NCBI GenBank assembly: GCA_039809905.1
Contig: JBDHVY010000001.1
Span: 450,001-482,000 of the forward strand
Reading direction: 5' to 3'
Length of the DNA stretch: 32,000 nucleotides
Origin: Candidatus Babelota bacterium
GTDB taxonomy: Bacteria; Babelota; Babeliae; Babelales; Vermiphilaceae
In this document: positions 7,845 to 15,861 of the stretch, in pieces
How the letters are laid out: every line of letters starts with the position of its first letter
Numbering within the stretch: position 1 is the stretch's first letter
Made by a program: the position numbers and the translations under genes
The notes under the pieces: generated by a model
Seen by the model: the letters and a program-made list of their open reading frames with translations, nothing else
Databases searched by the model: none
Told to the model about the DNA's origin: nothing

Positions 7845-8678
7845 ATGAAACAGCTATCATTACAAATATTTTTGCTATCGCTATGCATTTGCAGTATTTA
7901 TGCATATTCTACTGATTTTGTTACCATCGCAATACTTGCCAAAGATAAAGAACATACCCTGCCACTCTATTTACAATGTATTGAAAATCAAACATGGCCG
8001 GCCGAAAAAACATATCTTTATATTCGAACTAATAATAATAATGACAATACAAAACAGCTGCTTGGCAATTGGATTGATAAGGTTGGTCATCGCTATGCAA
8101 AAATCTATTTTGATGATTCAGATGTTGATGTTCCAGTACAAAATTTTGGCCAACACGAATGGAATTACACACGATTTCAAGTTTTAGGTGCTATTAGACA
8201 AGCATCAGTTGATTGGGCATACGAAAACAATTCTCATTACTTTGTAGCAGATTGTGATAATTTTATTATTCCTGAAACACTTGAAAGTATGATGAAAATA
8301 AATCTACCAATCGTAGCTCCTATGCTGCGTTGCTATTCACAGAAATATTACTCAAATTATCACGATATTGTTGATGAAAATGGTTATTACACCCCATCTG
8401 TACCCTATTACCAAATTCTTGATCAAAGCATTAAAGGTATCATTGATGTAGCAGTTGTACATTGCACGTATTTTATCAGACATGAAGTATTAAACACCGT
8501 ATGTTACGACGATGAATCTGCGCGTTATGAATACGTGATTTTTAGCGATTGTGCACGCAAGCACAATATTCCACAATATATCGATAATCGCATTATCTAT
8601 GGCTATATTTCTTTTGCTGAAAATAAAGAAGAATTATTGAGAGAAAAATTTTTTGAGAACATGTCACACATTGATTAA
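7845..8678 (+). CDS. Secreted or membrane-anchored GT-A glycosyltransferase-like protein resembling the N-terminal domain of collagen beta-galactosyltransferase (COLGALT/GLT25D)
   Basis: 277 aa with signal peptide MKQLSLQIFLLSLCICSIYA. By-eye alignment to human COLGALT1 (from memory) matches in blocks: IAILAKDKEHTLP / IALLARNAAHALP, TNNNNDNT / TDHNMDNT, HEWNYTRF..RQAS / KHWSDSRY..RQAA, YFVADCDNFIIPETL / LFVDADNLILNPDTL, PIVAPML / TVVAPML, YSNY / YSNF, GYY, VHCTYFI / VHSTFLI. Confidence 0.7.
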   Translation: MKQLSLQIFLLSLCICSIYAYSTDFVTIAILAKDKEHTLPLYLQCIENQTWPAEKTYLYIRTNNNNDNTKQLLGNWIDKVGHRYAKIYFDDSDVDVPVQNFGQHEWNYTRFQVLGAIRQASVDWAYENNSHYFVADCDNFIIPETLESMMKINLPIVAPMLRCYSQKYYSNYHDIVDENGYYTPSVPYYQILDQSIKGIIDVAVVHCTYFIRHEVLNTVCYDDESARYEYVIFSDCARKHNIPQYIDNRIIYGYISFAENKEELLREKFFENMSHID

Positions 8679-8761
8679 TATGGCAATTATGATATTCTAA
8701 TTGAGTAATTTATAAAAACAAACAAGTATATACAACAAGATTTTAAATATAAAAAACTCAC

Positions 8762-10168
8762 ATGAATAAAAAATTATTGCTTCTTTGTTTTATTTTTAAT
8801 TTCAACAATTTTCTACCACTTTCTGGTATGACTCACTATTGTACTAACCATAAAGAAAAGGTTTTATCTCAACCAAGAACATATTTTAGTCGAGAAAGTG
8901 GCACAAACGGAATAACAAGCAATGGCACATTTATCTTCAGCAGGCCTTACAATTCAAAAATTGCTACCTGCTTTGCAGGAGAATTCTCTAAGGGTCTTTC
9001 GAAAAGTTTGGATAAAAATCCTCTCTCTATAATCAATCTTTCAACAAGTACTCAAGATGGCTATACGTTTAAAAACATCGATAACCGAACTCCCGTATCA
9101 TGCATTCATCTTCTCAATGATAAAACAATGGCAATAGGGCATGGTAAAAAAATCTATATTGCACAAGATAATGGTAGTAGATTGATTTATTTCATCAATA
9201 ATTTTTTCGCTTACCCACGTCAACCTCGTAAGCTTAGTAAAGTTTTAGAACTTTCTCCTCAACTTGGTGTAGAAGATAGTATTGCCACAATTGAAAGTAG
9301 TCTATCTCATCTTATTGTGATTTCAAAAAAAGGGCACATTTCAACCTGGCAAAAAGTTAATAACGTTATTCAGGAAAGCAGCTTCAAAACATTTGACCAC
9401 ACATCTCCTTTTTTTTCTTATGCGGTAAACCAAGAAAAAAATATACTGTGCATGGGTTTAGATCATGGTAAAATTTTCACTGCCAATATAGCAAATCTTA
9501 ATAAACACACTATTACGCATTCACTTGATGCAGCTCTAAAAATTAATTGTATGAATTTCCAAAATAATACGCTTTTTGCATCTGCATTATGTGATTGCCA
9601 TCAAATACTTCCCACTACAAAAAATAGTAATCGTTGTAACAACAAACATGTACTTTTATCATTTGAAGAATGTAATCAAGCTGAAAACACTTTGCCTAAG
9701 ATGACAGGAAAAGAAACGCTCCTTTCTTTTCCTGAATTATGTCCAAAAAAAGCGGTATTATTGCCAAATGGTTTATTCGTATCACACACAGCACTATGCA
9801 ACAAAAATGTTTCTGATCTTGAGGAAGATGAAATTATTAAAGAGGTAATTGCAGTACATAGCCCTGATAATATTCAAAATCTATTAACTATTGATACCAC
9901 TTGTATGAGAGCAATCGAATATCCTGTCCATCCAATAATAACAGGTAATGAAATTCATATGCTGGGTGAAATAAGAAACGATTTTTCCAATTACATGATA
10001 TATTTTCATCGAATCTATACACCAAATAAATTTGGTATTATAGCAAAATATGCATATTACACTCAATTAATGAATTATATCAACAAACGATCTTATTTTT
10101 CAGTGACAATGCATTTTCTGATTCCTGCATTACTGTTATATGCAGCAAGTCGCTATTTTTCAGATTGA
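8762..10168 (+). CDS. Hypothetical protein with N-terminal signal peptide and C-terminal transmembrane anchor
   Basis: 468-aa ORF. N-terminus MNKKLLLLCFIFNFNNFLPLSG; extreme C-terminus SVTMHFLIPALLLYAASRYFSD. No family recognised. Confidence 0.6.
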   Translation: MNKKLLLLCFIFNFNNFLPLSGMTHYCTNHKEKVLSQPRTYFSRESGTNGITSNGTFIFSRPYNSKIATCFAGEFSKGLSKSLDKNPLSIINLSTSTQDGYTFKNIDNRTPVSCIHLLNDKTMAIGHGKKIYIAQDNGSRLIYFINNFFAYPRQPRKLSKVLELSPQLGVEDSIATIESSLSHLIVISKKGHISTWQKVNNVIQESSFKTFDHTSPFFSYAVNQEKNILCMGLDHGKIFTANIANLNKHTITHSLDAALKINCMNFQNNTLFASALCDCHQILPTTKNSNRCNNKHVLLSFEECNQAENTLPKMTGKETLLSFPELCPKKAVLLPNGLFVSHTALCNKNVSDLEEDEIIKEVIAVHSPDNIQNLLTIDTTCMRAIEYPVHPIITGNEIHMLGEIRNDFSNYMIYFHRIYTPNKFGIIAKYAYYTQLMNYINKRSYFSVTMHFLIPALLLYAASRYFSD

Positions 10169-10201
10169 TTTTAACCTTCTGTTTGATTACTCTTTATATT
10201 C

Positions 10202-10234
10202 AAAGCCCCATTCTGCATATACGAATGGGGCTTT
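10202..10234. terminator. Perfect 12-bp hairpin after the 8762..10168 gene (terminator candidate)
   Basis: AAAGCCCCATTC (10202-10213) / GAATGGGGCTTT (10223-10234) with a 9-nt loop and no long T-tract. The stem contains the same CCCCAT/ATGGGG motif used by the adjacent repeat element. Confidence 0.5.
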
Positions 10235-10295
10235 GTAAGTGATATGATAAAGCAAACTTAGTTAAAGCTCCTACAAATATTATTCCAAAACATTG

Positions 10296-10446
10296 ATTTC
10301 AAATTCTTTTATGGGGATCCTCAATAGCCCAGCTTCTATCCCCAATTTCGACGAGTCTTCATTGGGGTCCCCATATGAAGAATGAGGATGGGGTAAGAGG
10401 AATGGGTATATAAGCATTCAGCATGGGGCTAATAGAGCTATAATAC
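10296..10446 (+). repeat. Intergenic structured repeat, copy B (full length), ending 12 nt before the ddl-ddl ATG
   Basis: ATTTCAAATTCTTTT-ATGGGGATCC-TCAATAGCCCA...-CCCCAAT(10340-46)-TTCGACGAGTCTTC-ATTGGGG(10361-67)-TCCCCAT-ATGAAGAATGAGG-ATGGGG(10388-93)-...-AGCATGGGGCTA...TATAAT. Near-identical blocks recur at 19786-19960. Confidence 0.75.
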
Positions 10447-10457
10447 AAGGTTAACAT

Positions 10458-12665
10458 ATGCAAAAATTACGCATCGGTGTTCTTATGGGCGGCAAATCAC
10501 TTGAAAAAGAAGTTTCTTTCAATTCAGGCAGAACCATTTGTGATCACTTAGATACTACACGATATGTTGCAGTCCCCTTATTTCAAAAAAGTGCACACAT
10601 TTATATTTTACCATGGCACTTTTTACATCGAGGTAAAACCACTGATTTTGAACACAGACTTGCAAGTGAAGCTCAAGAAATTGCATGGGATGATTTAAAA
10701 AAACATATTGATCTTATTTATATTGCGCAACATGGCCGATATGCAGAAGATGGCTGCTTACAAGGATTTCTTGAAATACTCGATATCCCCTATATAGGAT
10801 CTGATATTTTAGCAAGTGCACTGCGTGGCGATAAACATATGCATAAAATAGTATTGCGTAATGCCGGTATTGAAGTTCCTGAATATATTGTTGTTGAGCC
10901 AGATGCAATTGATAATTTCGAAAAACATAAAGATCATATTTTTACGCAGCTAAAAACTATTGCCAGCACAGAATATATTGTAAAACCTTATAATGAAGGT
11001 TCAAGTTTAGGCATTTCTATCGCAGATAAAAATACATTAGAAGATGCATTAAAAAAAGCCTGCTACATTGAACCACATAAAAAAAAACGAGTAGTTGTCG
11101 AAGAAAAAATTATTGGCATGGAATTTACTTGTATTATTTTAACCGATCATAATACAGGTGAATTTTTTGCTTTACCACCAACAGAAAGTATTGCCGATGC
11201 TGAAGTTGGTTTTTTTGATTATGAACAAAAATATATGCCTGGACGTGGTATTAAGCGCACGCCTGCACACTGCTCACCTGAAATAACTGAGCGTATTCAA
11301 CAAACATGCATCAAAGTAATGAATGTTTTAGGATTTACCACTATGGGACGAATCGATGGATTTGTAACAAAAGATGGCAGAATAATTATTATTGATCCCA
11401 ACACACTTTCTGGCATGGCACCTTCAAGCTATATTTTTAATCAAGCAGCAGAAATTAATATGAGTCCATCACAGCTTATTAATTTTATAATTGAAGGCGA
11501 ACTTAAGCGATATAGTATGGATACTGTTAGTGATGATCAAGATACAATGGATAATTCACTCATGAATACTCATAAGACTCGCATCGCTGTTTTGCTCGGT
11601 GGTGCATCACATGAAAAAGAAACTTCCCTTGATTCAGGCCGCAATGTATTTTATAAATTATCTCCACAAAAATATGATGCCATTCCTTTATTTGTAACCA
11701 GTACACTAGAATTATATAAGCTCACACAATCACAACTTGTGCGAAATTCAACAAAAGAAATTGTCGATTTATTACAAGAATCTCAAAAAATAAAATGGTC
11801 TGATGTACCACATATAGCAGATTTTGTCTTTAATGCACTGCATGGTGGCGAAGGTGAAAATGGATCAGTACAAGGTACTTTAGAAATACTCGGATTACCC
11901 TACAATGGTTCATCCGTGCTTACCAGCGCATTATGCATGAATAAATATAAAACCAATGAATTTCTTGCAATGAATGGCTTTGATGTACCACAAAGTGTGT
12001 TCGTGAAAAAAGATGAATGGGTCAACTCTGCTAAGGTTTTCAATTATGTTGCTGAATTATCATACCCTCTTATTGTCAAACCACATGATGATGGTTGCAG
12101 CGTAATGGTGCAAAAAGTAGCCAATGATGATGAACTTATTGCATCTATCGATGCAATAATGCAAAAAAAAGATTCCGTACTTATAGAAGAATATATTACG
12201 GGAATGGAATTAACTGTTGGTGTAATTGGCAATAGTACAATACACGTACTACCGCCAAGCCAAGCAATTAGTGCTCATGCAATACTTTCGATTGAAGAAA
12301 AATTTTTGCCTGGTGCCGGCGAAAATCAAACACCAGCACCATTGCCACAAGAAACATTACGTTTTGTACAAGGTGTAATCGAAAAAGTTTATACAACAGT
12401 TGGTTGCAAGGGATACGCGCGTATTGATTGCTTCTACCAAAATGCAGCAATAAGCCCCACCGGCAAAGAACGTGTGGTAATTTTAGAAATAAATACATTG
12501 CCGGGATTAACTCCTGCAACTTGTTTATTTCATCAAGCAGCAGAAATTGGACTGAAACCAATGGAATTAATTGAAACTATCATCAATTTTGGTTTTGAAG
12601 AACATAGAGGAACAAATACCGAAAAACAAATTTCATCACAAGCTACTATTGAAATGTCTCAATAA
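10458..12665 (+). CDS. ddl: Tandem-fused D-alanine--D-alanine ligase (two complete Ddl ATP-grasp modules in one 735-aa polypeptide)
   Basis: Module 1 (about aa 1-350): RIGVLMGGKSLEKEVSFNSG, HGRYAEDGCLQGFLEILDIPYIGS, KPYNEGSSLGIS, FFDYEQKYMPG, GRIDGF, DPNTLSGM. Module 2 (about aa 375-725): RIAVLLGGASHEKETSLDSG, HGGEGENGSVQGTLEILGLPYNGS, KPHDDGCSVMV, IEEKFLPG, ARIDCF, EINTLPGL. Each aligns end to end with E. coli DdlB as remembered. Confidence 0.9.
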   Translation: MQKLRIGVLMGGKSLEKEVSFNSGRTICDHLDTTRYVAVPLFQKSAHIYILPWHFLHRGKTTDFEHRLASEAQEIAWDDLKKHIDLIYIAQHGRYAEDGCLQGFLEILDIPYIGSDILASALRGDKHMHKIVLRNAGIEVPEYIVVEPDAIDNFEKHKDHIFTQLKTIASTEYIVKPYNEGSSLGISIADKNTLEDALKKACYIEPHKKKRVVVEEKIIGMEFTCIILTDHNTGEFFALPPTESIADAEVGFFDYEQKYMPGRGIKRTPAHCSPEITERIQQTCIKVMNVLGFTTMGRIDGFVTKDGRIIIIDPNTLSGMAPSSYIFNQAAEINMSPSQLINFIIEGELKRYSMDTVSDDQDTMDNSLMNTHKTRIAVLLGGASHEKETSLDSGRNVFYKLSPQKYDAIPLFVTSTLELYKLTQSQLVRNSTKEIVDLLQESQKIKWSDVPHIADFVFNALHGGEGENGSVQGTLEILGLPYNGSSVLTSALCMNKYKTNEFLAMNGFDVPQSVFVKKDEWVNSAKVFNYVAELSYPLIVKPHDDGCSVMVQKVANDDELIASIDAIMQKKDSVLIEEYITGMELTVGVIGNSTIHVLPPSQAISAHAILSIEEKFLPGAGENQTPAPLPQETLRFVQGVIEKVYTTVGCKGYARIDCFYQNAAISPTGKERVVILEINTLPGLTPATCLFHQAAEIGLKPMELIETIINFGFEEHRGTNTEKQISSQATIEMSQ

Positions 12666-13285
12666 TTAAATATGAATGATAATAGCTGTATCAAATCGAT
12701 TATATAATCATGGTAAACCGGTAATTTTTTTTCTTCATTATGTGATATGTAAGGAACCTCGCCACCAGTATTTTGCGTATTTTCAATGTTTCCTATTATT
12801 TTATAGATAACAATAATTTTTTGAGTAATCGCTTGCTCCATTCCTTCAATGACTTTTTTATACTCAATATCCATTGGATAACTCAATAATTGATGAGCTC
12901 TTACTTTGTTTATAAATCTTTCAGAAATATACTTTGGGAATAATATTTTTTCTGAGCTTTTTTGCAATTGTATCAGAGCAGGAGCTTTTTTTATCCAATT
13001 TTGTATCTTTATATACGATTGTGTTTCATCAGCATTCTGCTCATATTCTGCAGATAGTACACGAAAATATTTCTCTGATTCATACGCATTCATGCCAAAT
13101 GATAAGCCTTTTTTTGAATCATCTTCTGGTACATTGTGTAAGTCAATGACCTGAGTTGAATCAACCTTAATAGACAATTCAATGATTGGATAATTTTTAA
13201 ATTGAACGATTTGACTACCCTTTAATTGTACAAAAAAAACCATACACACAGCGGTAATCTTCTTCAAGCCTAATATATATTTCAT
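12659..13285 (-). CDS. Hypothetical protein (N-terminal signal/anchor)
   Basis: 208-aa ORF with an ATG start and N-terminus MKYILGLKKITAVCMVFFVQLKG. Its 3' end overlaps the ddl stop by 7 nt (convergent). No family recognised. Confidence 0.5.
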   Translation of the reverse strand: MKYILGLKKITAVCMVFFVQLKGSQIVQFKNYPIIELSIKVDSTQVIDLHNVPEDDSKKGLSFGMNAYESEKYFRVLSAEYEQNADETQSYIKIQNWIKKAPALIQLQKSSEKILFPKYISERFINKVRAHQLLSYPMDIEYKKVIEGMEQAITQKIIVIYKIIGNIENTQNTGGEVPYISHNEEKKLPVYHDYIIDLIQLLSFIFNY

Positions 13286-13323
13286 CGGAAAATTCCATTA
13301 AAAAAAGAAGCGAAATTGTTCTA

Positions 13324-15861
13324 CTATTTTTTTGTATCAGAGTAGCTTCTTTTGCCAAATAAGCAACGATAATACAATAATTTAACAATCTCTGTTGCTA
13401 CAAAATAAACAGTCGTAATGGATAAGATCATAAACATAGTGTATGCCGTTGGGTGTTTAAAAAGAAATATGTTTTGACCTAACATAGTAAACGGTAACAC
13501 AATGATAATACCTGCTGCCATACTACATAAACTCAAAAGTAACATCGAGGGGCGATGAGCTTTGCAGAATGGCAAAGTGGTTCGTAATGAAAAAATAAAA
13601 ACTAACTGACCCAAAGCAGCTGCAATAAACCAACTTGTTTGCAATGTTGCTGGATCGGATTTGAAAAACATAAAAATAATAAAATCAAAAAATGAAATAA
13701 CCACACCAAAAAGAAGTACTACAAGACCTATATCTTTTAATGAATAACGCAATGGTCTTTTTAACTCTTGGTAAGTTACACTATCAGATGATATACCAAT
13801 CAATGGAAAATCAGTTATCAGATCTAAAAATAATAATTGCAAAGGCAACATAGGCAAATAATTGAGCCATAAAGAAGAAAGCGCTAAAGAATAAAAATGA
13901 CCTACATTGCAGGCAATAGTAACTTTAATATATTTTAGTGTATTGATAATTATTTTTCTTCCTTCTTCCACTCCTAACATTATATTCAATAAGCTTTTTT
14001 GTAATAATATAATTTCTGCCGCTTCTTGTGCTACACGAGCTGCATCTTTTACCGCAATACCAACTTGAGCAATTTTAAGCGCAGGCGCATCATTAATACC
14101 ATCTCCAATATATCCCACAGAATAGGTACGTTGCAAAAGCGAAATGATCTCATATTTTTGTTGAGGATTAACTCGAGCAAAAATAGTACGTCCATTCACC
14201 AGCTCTGTTTTTTCTTGTTCATTTGCTTTTTCAAAATCAGATCCAAGCACCACATTATCATGATTATTTTCTAATCCCAGTTGTTGCGCTATAAAAAAAC
14301 AGACATCTCGACTATCTCCACTCAGAATCTTAATTTGAACATCCAATGCTTGTGCCTTTTTTATTGCAGTCAAAGCCGTACTATTAAGAGGATCAACAAA
14401 TGCAATTAATCCTATTGAATCGTATTTTATATCGTCATCATTAATAAATTCTGTTTTTACCTTTTTTTCTGGGACTTCTTTTATTGCAACTGCAATAACA
14501 CGATTGCTTTTCGTTTCATTATCACTCATCCATGCTTTAAGCTTTTCCAGTTCATCTGATTGCAATGGAACACAATGTTCCACAACATATTCAAAAGAAC
14601 CCTTGGTAATAAAAAAATGAGTATTATTTTTTTGAGCAAATGTAATAGTACGATGACGCTCATAAGTGAAAGGTAATGTCTTAATCACCGTATATTGCGC
14701 AATTTCTTTCGATTGTTCGGGAGTTAATTTTTGTACAATAGCGGCATCAAAGCTATTGGATGTTATAGTAGTATCAGCAGAAAGAGCTGCAAAAATAAGA
14801 CTGTCATAATTATCGGAATTATATACGTCTTTCACTTTTAAGTTATTTTCTGTTAATGTCCCGGTTTTATCAGCACAAAAAACATTGATTCCACCCAAAT
14901 CTTCTATAGCAGATAATCTTTTTACAATTATTTTATGCTTATGGAGTGCCATAGCACCACGAGTCAAACAAAAAGTAATAACTATGGGCAATGCCGAAGG
15001 AATAGCAGTAATAGAAAGCGCTGCAGCAAAAAATAGTATATTAATAAAAGAAATATGGTCTGTTTTAATAAACAGATTAATAAAAATAATAACAGCAAGG
15101 CTTATAAGAATTAATATCAAAACAAAACGAGCAAGTTGCATACTATTTTGCGCAAGATTACTTTTAATAATGGTATGCGTAGCCAATGCAGAAATAGAAC
15201 CTAATTGTGAATGAACTCCTGTTGCAAAAACTACGCCAATTCCAGACCCATCCGTTACAACAGTACCAGCAAAAGCAGATGTCGTTGTTTTCCACAATTC
15301 TGTTATTGTTTCTTGAGGTAATTCATGCATTTTGTGGATAGGAATAGATTCACCGCTCAAACTTGCTTCATCAATCATAAGGTTATTACTATCAATAATA
15401 CGACAATCAGCAGGGACAATATCACCTGCCTTCAGCACAATAATATCCCCAGGAACAATAGTACTTACCTCAACTTTTTGATCAGTTCCATTTCGACGTA
15501 CTAAAATAGATGCTTCAAGATAAGCCTGCAACAATTCCATTGCTTTATTGCTATGATATTCTTGGTAAAAACCAATTGCAGTATTGATTATCATAATCAT
15601 GATAATAATAATAGATTCGGTGTATTGCTGTGTAAAAAAGTAAAGTATCGCAACACATACAAACATAAAAATAAAAGGATTTTTAACCTGATTGAAAAAG
15701 ATAGTCAACGCGGTTACATTCGTGCGTTGTAATCTATTAGGACCATACGTAATGAAACGCTTTTTTGCTTCTTGTTCAGTCAGCCCGCAAGACGTTGTCT
15801 GCAAATCATCAAAAACCTTTTCTACGCTCAAATTACTATAAAAAAGAAAATCTTTATTCAT
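13324..15861 (-). CDS. Cation-transporting P-type ATPase, divergent tandem paralog (TM4 motif PSALP instead of PEGLP)
   Basis: 845 aa. Motifs: Cation_ATPase_N-like GLTEQEAKKRFITYGPN, actuator LSGES, phosphorylation site CADKTGTLTEN, KGSFE, DPLN, ILSGDS, GDGINDAPALK; about 10 predicted TM helices. Confidence 0.9.
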   Translation of the reverse strand: MNKDFLFYSNLSVEKVFDDLQTTSCGLTEQEAKKRFITYGPNRLQRTNVTALTIFFNQVKNPFIFMFVCVAILYFFTQQYTESIIIIMIMIINTAIGFYQEYHSNKAMELLQAYLEASILVRRNGTDQKVEVSTIVPGDIIVLKAGDIVPADCRIIDSNNLMIDEASLSGESIPIHKMHELPQETITELWKTTTSAFAGTVVTDGSGIGVVFATGVHSQLGSISALATHTIIKSNLAQNSMQLARFVLILILISLAVIIFINLFIKTDHISFINILFFAAALSITAIPSALPIVITFCLTRGAMALHKHKIIVKRLSAIEDLGGINVFCADKTGTLTENNLKVKDVYNSDNYDSLIFAALSADTTITSNSFDAAIVQKLTPEQSKEIAQYTVIKTLPFTYERHRTITFAQKNNTHFFITKGSFEYVVEHCVPLQSDELEKLKAWMSDNETKSNRVIAVAIKEVPEKKVKTEFINDDDIKYDSIGLIAFVDPLNSTALTAIKKAQALDVQIKILSGDSRDVCFFIAQQLGLENNHDNVVLGSDFEKANEQEKTELVNGRTIFARVNPQQKYEIISLLQRTYSVGYIGDGINDAPALKIAQVGIAVKDAARVAQEAAEIILLQKSLLNIMLGVEEGRKIIINTLKYIKVTIACNVGHFYSLALSSLWLNYLPMLPLQLLFLDLITDFPLIGISSDSVTYQELKRPLRYSLKDIGLVVLLFGVVISFFDFIIFMFFKSDPATLQTSWFIAAALGQLVFIFSLRTTLPFCKAHRPSMLLLSLCSMAAGIIIVLPFTMLGQNIFLFKHPTAYTMFMILSITTVYFVATEIVKLLYYRCLFGKRSYSDTKK

